Assembly: GCA_054600435.1 (NCBI GenBank)
Contig: BAAIJX010000045.1
Span: 62,001-126,000, forward strand
DNA length: 64,000 bases
From: Neophaeotheca triangularis
Taxonomy: Eukaryota
Reading direction: 5' to 3'
Made by a program: the position numbers and the translations under genes. The notes beneath the pieces are model-generated. The model was not told the DNA's origin, did not search any database, and worked only from the letters and a program-made list of their open reading frames with translations. Of this stretch, positions 11,123-22,629 are shown one piece after another. Each line of letters begins with the position of its first letter. Positions within the stretch are counted from its first letter, which is position 1.

Positions 11123-12830
11123 TTTGGCGTCCGTCGTAGCAAAACAATCGGAAGCAGATCAAGTCGGCCGGGATGCTCAAGAAGGAAAGTATTCCTTGGT
11201 GAAGCTCGGATCCCGCCCTTTTTCGCAAGCGCGCCGCGGTATCGGCTGACCCGCTCCCGATGCCAAGACACCTGAACTTCACTTGCCTTTTCTCCTGTTC
11301 TCGCTCGAAGCAATGTCGTTACTCTCTCTGTGCGGAACCTCAAAACGCGAATACCAATGCTTGATCTGCAGCTCTACCCAAAATATTTGTCTTCTAAACT
11401 TGATGCCGTTGCTTTACCAAGGCGGGGCATTCCAAAGGCTTTGGAGTTGCCAATTTGCCGCTCGTACGAATGAGCTTGAGTTTGTCATGTTGGAATCCGT
11501 TGATAATGCTTGTTGCCACCGTGGAGCTGACTATATCAAGGTGGGAAAATGATCCAAGAATTCCCCCTACAATGGTAGCAAGGCTCATGGGACGCCCTGC
11601 CGGATATGTCGCCTGGACAAAGCATCATTGCACTTGCATCCTTGTGCTTCCATCCTGCCAATTTTGATATGATCTTCTACTGCGGGGGAAGGAAAAGGCT
11701 TGGACAATGATGGAGCACTTGGTATCCTACTTCTGGCTTTGATCTAATGAGCCTCCGAGGTCGACCAATCTCACGGCTCGAGCTCGCCGTCTATCACTAA
11801 GTGGTAACCACTGAGAGGATGAGGCGGCCCAACCAAGAGACTTACGCAAGCAGCTGTTAACCGACTGGTTCTGGTTCTGCGCGAGGAGTGTTTGATGGCA
11901 CGGAGTTGACAGGGTCGCGGCGAATCCTATTTTCGAGATTCGGAAGGAAGACTTATGCAACAAAGGGTGCCCTCGTATGACCGTAGGCTCATCCTGCAGA
12001 TTTCCTTGACAGCAAGATGCGCGCCTGCCTACCCGCGCTGTTGGATACCAGAGAAGCATCCTTGGATAGCACTATCGAACCAAAATCAGCCTGGGATAGC
12101 AGTTGTCTCTTGCAAGTTTGAGCCATCAAGGACCTCGTGGCCCTTTTGACCACTTGTCTTTGCAGCTCAGGACAACGCGAAGACCGATTCTGCGCTAGTA
12201 TCGTGCCTCGCAGATGCTGAAGAGAGCTACAGAGCTTCTCACACGCTTTAGAAAGATTTTGTAAGGTCTGAGGTCGCTGTCGCCAAGCAACGGTCCAGAG
12301 GATACACCTGCAGCAGCGGTAAAGGAAGCTTTGACCACGTGGCACTGTCGCTTTCCTATTGTGATGAAGCCTGTCTGAAATCTCGGGATTTTTGAGTACT
12401 TCTTCACTCTTTCTTACTCCTGCTCTGCACCTGTCATACAGCTCTTATATTGAATCAGATACCTAAGCTAGGACCGTTTCAACGCCCTCAAAACACTCAG
12501 CTGGATTCTTCTCTCGAACCTCGAGCTTGTAAATGCCTGAATCGAGCCATTAAGGACTGCCTCCTGCGAGCACTAGCTTTTCCTTAGCTTCCTCCACTAA
12601 GCGTATCCCTAACTTCACCACACTTTGTGCTCTGCTTTACTAGGGTGGTAAGTTATTCGTCTTTGTTTCCTTCTGCTGAGTTAATTAGTTCACATTGGGT
12701 ACTCGATCGCTGCTAACGGGCGACAACTGACTACTAGTTAAAGTCGTCGAATACTTCACCCCAGCCTACCTCTCCAAGACAATCTGTCACACAAGATCAC
12801 TCTGCATCTCAAATCTACGGCAGTATCAAT

Positions 12831-14222
12831 ATGGTACCTGCTGAGAGCTCCACCGAGGCCTTCGACAAGGGCGCTATGGGCGAGACGAAAGCCAAGTTCA
12901 TACCAGTAGCTGTACGCATGCTTGCGGACTCCGGAATTACAGACATCGACACAAACGCCACGACCACCTTCAATCCATGGTTCCTCCACAGCTACCTCAA
13001 CCCACAAAAGTGTCCTGCGTACACCAACGGATTCTTCATCTTCGGCAACGACTCTCAGTTACCTTCTCAATCTCTAATGACCCTCGACAATGACCTTGAA
13101 CCATTCGGCCCTGATCTTCCTGGAAAGCACGGCGCCAAGATTTCACCAGTGAGCCGCCACACGCCCACGGAAGATGGCTCGCTTCCATCCCCCAGACACA
13201 CCACAGGTTTCCCGCTGTTTGTCCGCGCTCAGAGTGGCAACGGCTATCTATATTTCGGCACATACACAAAAGTTCATGGCAACGATAGACTTGGCTTCGA
13301 CACGAGCGCCTTGCACGTTCCAGACCTGACCAAGCAGTACTGGGCCAAATGTCTCACTTCTGCCAAGCGCCCTGCCTGGATGACCGAAGCTCTCAAGGAG
13401 GCGCTGCTGAATAAGCCTGTGCATGAAGGACCTCTTCCAGGTGGTCCGGCGAACAAGCAGGACATCATGAAGGGATTACAGGACTACGCCGACAAGATGA
13501 AGCATTGGGACAAGCTCGCTTCAGAGAAAGCGGCAATCATCACTGTCGAGGAAGTGTTGCAAGCCATGAACCACCCCACCACGAAAAGCGAAGCAAACAT
13601 CCAATTCTCTTACGAGTACCTCCAATGCGTCGGCTACGACCACGACTTCTACAACAAGCTCGTCACCATGCAAGCTCAGCGGCCCGACAACAGCAGTAGA
13701 ATTCGCCGGGAGATTCTGAACGAACACATCCTGAGCTGTGGCGGCGGCAACCGGATGTACAAAGACGGCATTACCTTCAGAGCAAGCAAGCGCGCGATCC
13801 AAACGCCGCCGAACTCGACTTCCAGCGGCGGGACCATGGCGCGCTACATCAATTCTTTCCTTCCTGGCGCGAAGCTACCGCCCAAGCCGCTGCTTTTGAC
13901 CGCTCAAGCTTCCGCGATCATGTCTTCGTCTACCTCAGATAAGCCGGTGGCGACGAAAGCGGAGGATGTTCCAGCCATTGCCCCCGCCACCACTCCCGTC
14001 CTGAAATCAGGCACCACGCCTTCGGTTCCACTTTCCGCGAAGCCAGAGCATAATCAAATCATCACAACCACAACGACAATCCTCACCCATAAGCAAACGA
14101 AGAGCGTAACCACCGTCGCGGGCGGCATGCCAGTGGCAGCAGAGACCGAGCAAGCTGGCTCATTCTGGGCAAACCCCCCTCCACCAATCATCAAGATCAG
14201 GAAGCCGAGGACGAAGAAGTGA
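12831..14222 (+). CDS. Fungal conserved hypothetical protein (DUF6697-like domain)
   Basis: 463-aa ORF with PLFV..YLYFGTY, TKQYWAK and YEYLQCVGYDHDFY motifs. The start may lie further upstream through an intron. Confidence 0.6.
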   Translation: MVPAESSTEAFDKGAMGETKAKFIPVAVRMLADSGITDIDTNATTTFNPWFLHSYLNPQKCPAYTNGFFIFGNDSQLPSQSLMTLDNDLEPFGPDLPGKHGAKISPVSRHTPTEDGSLPSPRHTTGFPLFVRAQSGNGYLYFGTYTKVHGNDRLGFDTSALHVPDLTKQYWAKCLTSAKRPAWMTEALKEALLNKPVHEGPLPGGPANKQDIMKGLQDYADKMKHWDKLASEKAAIITVEEVLQAMNHPTTKSEANIQFSYEYLQCVGYDHDFYNKLVTMQAQRPDNSSRIRREILNEHILSCGGGNRMYKDGITFRASKRAIQTPPNSTSSGGTMARYINSFLPGAKLPPKPLLLTAQASAIMSSSTSDKPVATKAEDVPAIAPATTPVLKSGTTPSVPLSAKPEHNQIITTTTTILTHKQTKSVTTVAGGMPVAAETEQAGSFWANPPPPIIKIRKPRTKK

Positions 14223-14857
14223 AGTGCGTTGTGGAAGGCGCGCAGAAAGAGCACCGGCACAGCGCCAGGCTTTGGAAGCCCAGATATGCAGGAAGTGAAG
14301 TCGATTTGAATGGAGCCTTTCCCTGTTTTCAGCCACCGGGACCCCTTTGGTCTGCTCTAGCAGGGCTACAGCGCCATGAACGGCAAATGCAACAGCCGTG
14401 TTCACGTGTGATACGCAACGTGCTTCTTACATTTTGAGAGCCGTTCGCGGACTGCGGCAAAGACGGTACATTATACTACAAGGCGATTTCAAAGGGATCT
14501 GTGGTGGCAAGCTGGCTAAAGGCGGGCGATGCTTAGGGGTTGGATGTGGGGAGGTAGCAGGCTTGTTAAGACTTCCGGATGCTCTTAACAATACCTGAGA
14601 TTGGCAGACCGCCAGAGCACTTCCTCGAATTGATGCTCTACCGTAGCAAGATGGCATTACTTTTGATGTACACACACGACATAATTGTTCGTTTCGCTCG
14701 CATGTCTCAGCGCCCACCCGGAACGCCCCAGAACCAAAAAGCACTTCAGAACCCTTCAAATTCACAATACAGGTATCATCTGACCCTCCAAGCGCCAAAG
14801 ACCCGTCTATGCCCAAGCGCGCCTCGATCTGTACTCCCAAAATTTCCTACCTTCTGC

Positions 14858-15831
14858 TCAAGTCCGTCTCGCCCTAGACAATCCCATCCTCCTCGGCCCA
14901 AGGTACAGAATCCCGCCCAACCCCGTCATGCCAACGCCAATCCACCAAAGCCGGTCAGCGTTGATGTGCGTGACAATTTGCCTGCCATCGTTATCGGCAC
15001 GCCAGTGCATGGGGATCTCGTAAGGGTCGTCGGAAAGGCCGCGCTTGGCCATTGCGGTGCGTTTGGCTTTGGGCTCGGATGTGGCGGTCGAGGCGGCGGC
15101 GTCGAGGGTTGTCGTGGGTAGCATTTCCGGAGGTTGGGCGGCGATGTACATGGGCTGCATTGGGGTGCCGTCGTGCTCGTAAAGGTTGAGGCGCGGGACG
15201 TTGTGGTAGGGGTCAGTGATGACTTCGTAGCGCTGGAGGACGGTTGTTAGCTTGCGCAATTATGAGAGTTGTGGCTCCTTCATTGCCAGCGCATCGTCTT
15301 GCTGTAAAATGGCCTTAAAGCAATGTCGGGTAGATACTAAACAACTCACCTCAAACATCTCCGTCTGATTATACCGCGTGTAAATGCCAGTCTTGTACTT
15401 GCACGGCGTGCTCATCAACTGCCTGCCATCCCCAGCAATCGGCGTAAGGGTCAAACTGCCATTTGGCTGCCGTTCCCACGATCCATGCTGCCACTGCATG
15501 ATACCCGACGGGCATTTAGGATCTGTGGGGTTCGCGATGGCGCGGTAGTAGGCTTCCTCGTAGAAGCCGTCGGCGGTAAAGGAGTAGGAGATTCCCGTGC
15601 GCGAGGGCTCGATCAGGGTGTCGTTCTTGGCGTCATAAAAGTCCTGGAGATGATGTTAGCGACCCGGCTTGATCTGGGTGTAGGGTTGGTGATGGTGGTG
15701 CGTACGGGTCCGGTGAGAACTTTGCCGGATTTGGTACTCCATGTTCCCACGATGTCTGAGGGGAGGGATTGCGCGGCAGCGCTGGTGAGTAGCGAGAGGC
15801 CGGCGGCGAGGGTGGTGTAGAGGAGGACCAT
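14858..15831 (-). CDS. ROT1: ER chaperone Rot1
   Basis: Signal peptide, GTWSTKSGKVLTGP, GISYSFTADGFYEEAYY, QWQHG, DGRQL, MLPT and a C-terminal TM. Introns 15644-15705 and 15233-15349. Confidence 0.93.
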
Positions 15832-16165
15832 GGTTACTGGCGCCTCTTCAGATACTATCAGAACGGGAAGGGATGTCGTGGGGTGTCAGGTGGTGGTGGT
15901 GTCAAATATAGAAGATGAGGTCGGTCGGGGCGTTGGTGGTAGGTATTGGCCGTGGTTGGGAGTTTGCGGAGTGTAAGGTAGGAGGCGTAACCACCTGCAT
16001 GCAGGAACAGGGTGCATGAGCCGAGACTCAGGGTCCGGCGCTATTTACATACATGCATAAATAGTACCGGCGTGCACAGGGCTTGGCTTCTAACAACACC
16101 TCCATAGGGACGTTCGACAGTATAGAGAAGCATCACTTTTGAATAAATCACGATATACAATCTAC

Positions 16166-17056
16166 ATGGGAGTACTTCCTCATGCCTGGGGCTATGCTCG
16201 ACCTCTATTGCAAGGTACACGAAACCCACTGAAGCTCGCAGCAGCCTTGTCATTCAGCACGACCAGCAGCGCATCAATGGCAGATTCCACGACAGTCAAG
16301 CATGACAAGAAAGCCTTGCGCGGCGAGATCAAAAACACGTTATCATCTCTGAACTCTGATTTTATCACCCAACAAAGCCAAATCGCCACGGACAGGTTAC
16401 TGTCTCTCCCCGAGTATGTCAAGTCCAAGAGTCTGAGCATCTACCTTTCCATGCCGACTGGCGAGTTGCAGACCACGCAGCTGCTTTCTTCCGCTCTCGA
16501 GGCTGGGAAGAGCGTCTATGTGCCTTATCTGCATAAGCTGGCCTCCCCAGACCCGGTGACAGGCAAGAAACGGGTGATGGAGATGCTCAAGCTGCGATCT
16601 GTCGAGGAGTTTGAGGGGCTTGAGAGGGATTCTTGGGGGATTCCTAGCTTGTCTACTGAGGGGCTGGGGGAGAGGCCGAATGCTATTGGGGGCAAAGGGC
16701 CGGACAGGGAAGGGAGTGCAGATGGTGGCGAGAGGGAAGGCTTGGACATGGTCGTGGTGCCGGCCATGGCCTTTGACGAGAGTATGAGAAGGTTAGGGCA
16801 TGGTGCTGGATTCTACGACGGCTGGATCAAACGGTATCGTGAGAGTCAAGGCAAGAAGCCAATGCTAGGTAGGTTGGATCTGAACCCATGCCGGTTACAT
16901 TCGGTTTTCTCTGACGTATCGCTTTCCTCAGTCGGGCTATGTCTCGCTGAACAACTGCTTCCAACGGACCGCACCATCCCAACGGATGCTTGGGATTGGA
17001 AGATGGATGTCATCGTGACGGGAGAAGGCCGGCTACTAACTCCACAGGATTCGTGA
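16166..17056 (+). CDS. FAU1: 5-formyltetrahydrofolate cyclo-ligase
   Basis: KKALR, SIYLSM..E, WGIP, DMVVVPAMAFD, RLGHGAGFYD, WDWKMD. Intron 16869-16931 is 63 nt and in frame. An alternative start is MADST. Confidence 0.9.
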   Translation: MGVLPHAWGYARPLLQGTRNPLKLAAALSFSTTSSASMADSTTVKHDKKALRGEIKNTLSSLNSDFITQQSQIATDRLLSLPEYVKSKSLSIYLSMPTGELQTTQLLSSALEAGKSVYVPYLHKLASPDPVTGKKRVMEMLKLRSVEEFEGLERDSWGIPSLSTEGLGERPNAIGGKGPDREGSADGGEREGLDMVVVPAMAFDESMRRLGHGAGFYDGWIKRYRESQGKKPMLGRLDLNPCRLHSVFSDVSLSSVGLCLAEQLLPTDRTIPTDAWDWKMDVIVTGEGRLLTPQDS

Positions 17057-17284
17057 TGAGCATGATGCTGCATGTGTGTAGCTGTAAAGAGTACATGGGC
17101 TACTCACATTCTCCCATAGAATCCCTACTCTCAAAACCCATGTCGCAGCCCGTTTTCATGCACCATGACGCCTGACGCCTTCGCCTTTTCGCTCTTTTCA
17201 CTGAGCGTCGCGCAGCATTTTGACACAACCCCCTTTCAAAGTAACAGACTCAATCTTTCGCGCTGTTCTTCACGACCACTCCGC

Positions 17285-17645
17285 TTAAGCCTGCTTCTCA
17301 CTCAGCAGCGCAACATTGTCCCCCTTGAGCAGAATCGTGCCCAACTCCAAGCGCTTGGCCTCTGGGCCACGCGCAGTCGGCGTCCTGATCTCAACGGCAT
17401 TGGCGACCACCAAGTTCATGTACTCGTCAAAACCCTGCGGCTGTCAGTCTTCCCGCACGGTTGAGTCCCTTCCCGTCGGGTCAAGGGGCAAGTCTCACTT
17501 TGATGACGCCCTCGACTTTCATGTCCAATTGGTCCACGAGCCAGATGTTGACGATTGATTGCGAGGTGAGGAGCTTGAAGATGAAGTTGATGGGCATGTA
17601 GAGGACCTTTTGGCCTCCACGGCCTCCACCTGGACGTCCCGACAT
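17285..17645 (-). CDS. SME1: Small nuclear ribonucleoprotein Sm E (98 aa)
   Basis: Not in the ORF track. Exons 17645-17499 and 17434-17285 give [54 protein letters not shown]. Probable 5'UTR intron at 17729-17792. Confidence 0.92.
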
Positions 17646-18883
17646 GTTGGGGGAGTTTGCGCTGGGAGAGTGGGTTGTGAAGGTTCGAGGTGGATGTTTG
17701 CGACTGGCGTGATTTGGGGGTCAGGTTGCTGTCGCGCCGGCGCAATGTTAGTGGGTGGGTCGCGCCTCGAGAGAGAGCAATGCACTATGTACCTTGAAGC
17801 TGGTCACAGGGGTCGGGTACTGGTCTGGTGTGGTGGTAGATTGTTCTAGTCAAGCCGTTCAAAGTCGCAGCGCGCGTGAGAACTTGAAGCTTTGGCTCGC
17901 GGAATCCGTGTCGGCGGCTATACGTCGGGCTTTAGCTTATCGGAAGAATACTAGTATCTGAGCCGGGCTTATCGATGCATGAGCCGTGACGCCACCACAG
18001 CCACTGTACCTACCTACCTACCTACCGTTGACTGTGGCTGGGATCCGAGTTTCAAGTTGAACATCACACACCTCTCTCCAGCTGCTTCCAAGCTTCAACA
18101 CACACCCGTCTTTTGCAGAGGCAAATGCCTTTAGGCTACCTAACCCCTCACTTCATACTAAGCGAACTCGCTTGAACCCTCTAAAGTACTGTATAGCCGG
18201 TCTTGGACAGCGTGGATCTGGGCAAGATGATCAGTGGCGAGCATGGGGCGTTGCGGTGCTGCAGCTACCCGAGACCACCATCACAGGTATGGACTGCGGC
18301 ACCTGCGAGCGAGAGACTTCCATGCTATGGACGGAAGAAAGCGAGGTGGTTCGAAGTGAAGTGTTCCCATATTGAGGAGCAGGAGAAGTACGGTATCATG
18401 CGGCAACGAGGGCTACCGCATTAGCATTGATGTCTTCCATCAGTAAGGTAGGTAGGTAGGTAGGTATAGGTACGGTAGTACGCTCTACGTTAGTATCACC
18501 AGCACCGTTGCCGTCTTTATATGGCTGTAGCACAATCCGCAGCATCTCCCGTCCCTCTCTTGGTGAAGCTTGGTCCACCCCATGGCACATAATTACCAGG
18601 TAGGTGTGGCTATTAAGAGCAAACAAGCTACAACCGCCATATTCCGTCATCCCTGAGAGCACCGTTTGCAACTCTTGCCCTTCCCGTTCCTCCTTTACCA
18701 TCTTTCTCAAAGTGAATGCATCAAATCCGGATCGGGGAGTTTCCGAGAACCTCACTTCACTTCACTTGAAAGGCGAATAACGATAAAGCTGTTTCTTCAC
18801 TTTAAACCTGAACTCTACACCTCTAGAAATCGCAGGAACAACACTCCACAATAGTAACACCGGACAATAGACAGACACCCACG

Positions 18884-20341
18884 ATGGCTTCTTCCAAAAT
18901 TCCCTACACCATGAGCCTCTTCTTCAACTTCTCTACCACACTCTTCCTCATCATCTACGCCAACCTCGCCCTCGCGCAGAACTGTTACTATCCCAACGGC
19001 GACCTTGCGACAGCCGGCGACGCCCCTTGCTCTTCTGGCAGTAACAGCAACTGCTGTCCATATCAGTGGGAGTGTCAATCCAACGGCCTCTGTTACCTCG
19101 AAAATGCAGACATCTACGGACGCTACACTTGCACAGACGAGTCGTGGCAAAGCGGAGAGTGCACTCAACTCTGTACTGGGAGTGAGTGAAGGAAAAGTCC
19201 GGCCTTACGCCCCTCTGACGCTGACATTCTTTTCCAGATGGCACTGCGACAGGGAACGAAGCCGTTAATCAATGCTCAGACGGAAGCTGGTGCTGCAGCG
19301 GAGGTACGTGGTTCTCCAGCGTTAGCTGTTCTGCGACGAACAGTACTGATGGCGGCCTCTTTCAGATCGATCCTTCGACTGCTGCGAAACCGAAGACATG
19401 GACTTCTTCGACCTCCCACAAGGCACCTCGATTGCGTACATCTCCGAGGCTGCGACGCCCAGCACCCCGAGTTCGATCTCCTCTGTCCGCCAAACCGGCA
19501 CGCGAGCCGTCAACTCAGGTATGCAACGTATTCTTCCCGAACAAGTAAGCAGGGGCATACTGACGGCATGGCAGGAGGTGAGTCGGCTGCTCCTACGAGC
19601 CAAAGTGACACGCAGAGCACACCAGCAAGCTCAACTTCTTCGCAAAGCTCAGAGTCAAGTGCAACGAGCGAATCGAGTTCAGAAGACACGTCCGCAACCC
19701 GCACACCCGTCACCATCGCTTCAGCTTCTACAAACTCAGCTGGAGAAGCTTCAACTGTCTTCGTAACTCGCATGCCCGACAACACCATTTCACCGGCTAC
19801 AAGCAACGAACAAAACCAAGACGACAACGATGACAACAACAACAACAACGGCAATGACTCCTCTTCCCCCCTTCCCCTTATCCTGGGCCTCGCGATCGGC
19901 ATCCCCCTCGTCATCCTCCTCGCCGCCATCGTCCTACTCCTCCTCTACCGCCGCAAACGCCGCAACCAAACAGCAAACCCCTTTCCCTCAACCCAAGAGC
20001 CCTACACCGACAACACCAGCAACAACCCCGAGATGCGCTACGCAGTCGGGCACTTCGCACCCTCGGGTCGCGCGCCCGAACTCGACTCGTCCCCCGTAGC
20101 ACCGACCCGCAGCAAGAGCGGCCGCAAGAGCGAACTCATGGGAAGCACGCATATGCCCAGCCCGGCGCTTTCGCAAAACAGCCACGGCAGCGAAAACGGT
20201 TTGCCCGCTTATAGTCCTGGCATGGGTGGCTATAGCCCAGCTGTGGGGACTGTGCAGGAGGAGGAGCGGCATGAACTTTGGGGTGGCTATGTGCCTTACC
20301 GGCCGCCTATGGGTAGTGAGATGGGGACGGGGAGGGAGTAG
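18884..20341 (+). CDS. Single-pass membrane protein with a Cys-rich ectodomain and Ser/Thr stalk (Mid2-like surface sensor architecture)
   Basis: Signal peptide, CYYPNG..C..CC..C.SNGLC..CTD.SW.S..C...C, and a second WCC..CC block after splicing three GT-AG introns. Ser/Thr-rich region, then a TM helix (LILGLAIGIPLVILL..) followed by RRKRR. Confidence 0.8.
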
Positions 20342-20986
20342 GTGGGTTGCTATGGTCATTGTGGTGGGGAACTTTGCTGAGCATGGCGAACGGTGTTATG
20401 GGTTTCCCGGACAGAGAGGAGTCGCAAGATCTGGGGTTTACGATGAATGCCTTGCTCTAGCTTTTTTCGAGCGGTATACAGCACAGTGAGCAGATCCATA
20501 TCGATCGAATTGGTATTAACAAGTCGTCCCGAGCGCGGATCGTTTTATTTCAACGACAGCGTGATCGAGTGCCCTAAGCGACGGCGAATATCGGAATCAA
20601 AGCAATGCATCCCATTCACTCATTCCTAGCCGGCCAGTTAATGAATTCTCAGCTGTGGCGATTCTGTTTCCGAGGCGTCTACTATCAGGAAGCTGCAAAC
20701 CACAACGAGCCAATCAATACATCGGACACAGCTGTCAAATGTTCATAGCTCTTTTCTCAATCAAAGCAGTCTGTCTTATATCGAAGGAGATGCTGCCTCG
20801 AGGTGAAGTTGGTCCCAAAAAGCAAGAAGGCCCGACTCGGCTTTTGAATCGCAACGCTTGGCTCCCTCCACCTGCAGCATCAACTGCAACCAACATCAAT
20901 ACCTGAACACTCGATCAGATAAAACACAAAAACCTACTCAACAGATCCAAATCCCTTTTCCAATAATCGCCCGAACCCAGATCAAA

Positions 20987-22132
20987 ATGATCCTCTACCC
21001 CGGCGTCGCCTTGATCACCGGCGCAGCTTCCGGTACTTCCCATCGCTACAACCCTACCATTTTTAAAACCACATGACATCCAACTAACAACACATCCCAG
21101 GCATCGGCCAAACAACGGCAACATCTTTCGCAAGCGAAGGCTGCACCCGCATCACCATCTGCGACCGCGACGAAAACGGCCTACAAACCACAAAGTCCCG
21201 CATCGAGGCCCAATCCGGCTCGGCTTGCAAAGTCCTCGTCTGCGCGGGCGATATCTCGCAAGAGAGTTTCGTGCAGTCGGTGCTTGCGAAAACCGTGAGC
21301 GAGTTCGGGAGAGTGGATTATGGGGTTAATTGCGCTGGTGAGCATGAAGCCATCTCGAATCGAAAAGTTTACGGACAGGGACGGTTTTTTTGACTAATGT
21401 CTTTTGTTTTTTGGTTGTCTGCTAGGTGTGCTTTCCAACAACAAGGCCTCGCATGAGACGACGCTAGAGGAGTTTGAGCGGATTAATGGGGTCAATTATA
21501 AGGGTTGTTGGCTTTCGTCGCGCGCGGAGATTTCGCAGATGCTGGGACAGGAGCCGCTGCCTACGCATGATGGACGCCCGGGCGAGAGGGGGAGTGTGGT
21601 TAATGTGGCTAGTCAGTTGGGGATTGTTGGGAGGCCTGCTGCGCGTGAGTCGTCTCCCCTTTTTTTTTCCCGTTGGCATTCGTGTTGTGGTTTTCGAGAT
21701 TTCCGTGTGAGCGAAGTGGGTTTGATGGGCTGACTTGTGCGCGTGTGGGTGGGTTTTAGCTGCGTATTGTGGCTCCAAGGCTGCGGTTATTAGTATGACG
21801 AGATGTGATGCTGTTGATGTGAGTGGCTCTTTTCCCAACCCTATACGAAAGTAAGGGGGATATCTTCTACTGCAACATAGGATTCGATGGCTAAACGTTC
21901 CCAGTACTCGAGCAAAAACATCAGAGTCAATTGCGTCTGCCCGGGCGTGATAGAGACGCCCATGACAGCTCCTAATATGGAGGTATTGGGCCCGGCGATT
22001 GAGATCTCGCCGATGAAACGCATGGGTACGGCGCAAGAGGTGGCGGATTGCATTTTGTTTTTGTGTAGTAGTAAGGCGAGCTTTGTTCAGGGGAGCGCTA
22101 TGGTTGTCGATGGCGGGTATGTCGTCAATTGA
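20987..22132 (+). CDS. Classical short-chain dehydrogenase/reductase
   Basis: ITGAASGIG, VNCAG, SVVNVAS, YCGSK, RVNCVCPG and VVDGG. Four introns at about 21033-21100, 21338-21425, 21645-21759 and 21819-21904. Confidence 0.9.
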
Positions 22133-22629
22133 GGGAATGCTTGTTAGAGTGCAGGCTACGAAGTATATTACTGGCATCGATTCTAAAACCCCGAGCGTTT
22201 TAGTGATGTCCGTTTGTATGCAACGATGTTTTCATTTACTCTTCACAGCCAATGCTCAATGAATACAGCGATCCCTGCTTCGGCGTGACTCGGGACGGTC
22301 CCTTGGCTCGCTCGCCCGCGCAGCGTGTGCAGCCCTACGCCCAATGACGAAGGCCTGCCCGTTATTGAACGTTTCTATCAACACCGCCGCAGACCATCTT
22401 CTCTTCACAAAACACTGCCATCCGCACTCTCTTGCTTATTGCGTTATAGGTCGCTTGTGGTGAAGCTCGTACGATGCCCCAGTAGCGCATTATACAACGA
22501 CCGGACACCCTCTTATCGCCTTCCTGAGCTCCCCGGCTTCACCCTTCAGAAGGGAGAGTGATAGCAACATCAAAACACTGGGTACTAACCCTTCCCACAT
22601 GCCTTCTTCCATCTGTATGCGTGCCGGCA

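Noticed and set aside
11283..12420. Stop-interrupted protein-like fragments
   Set aside because: They could not be assigned to any family or consistent frame.
16869..16931. Apparent peptide insertions in FAU1 (and in farA at 62353-62409)
   Set aside because: These are ordinary introns (63 and 57 nt) with canonical donor, branch point and acceptor that happen to be in frame and stop-free.
18007..18466. (TACC)n and (GGTA)n tracts in inverted orientation ~440 bp apart, as possible MITE ends
   Set aside because: They are simple repeats common in fungal intergenic DNA, with no TSD and no extended complementarity.
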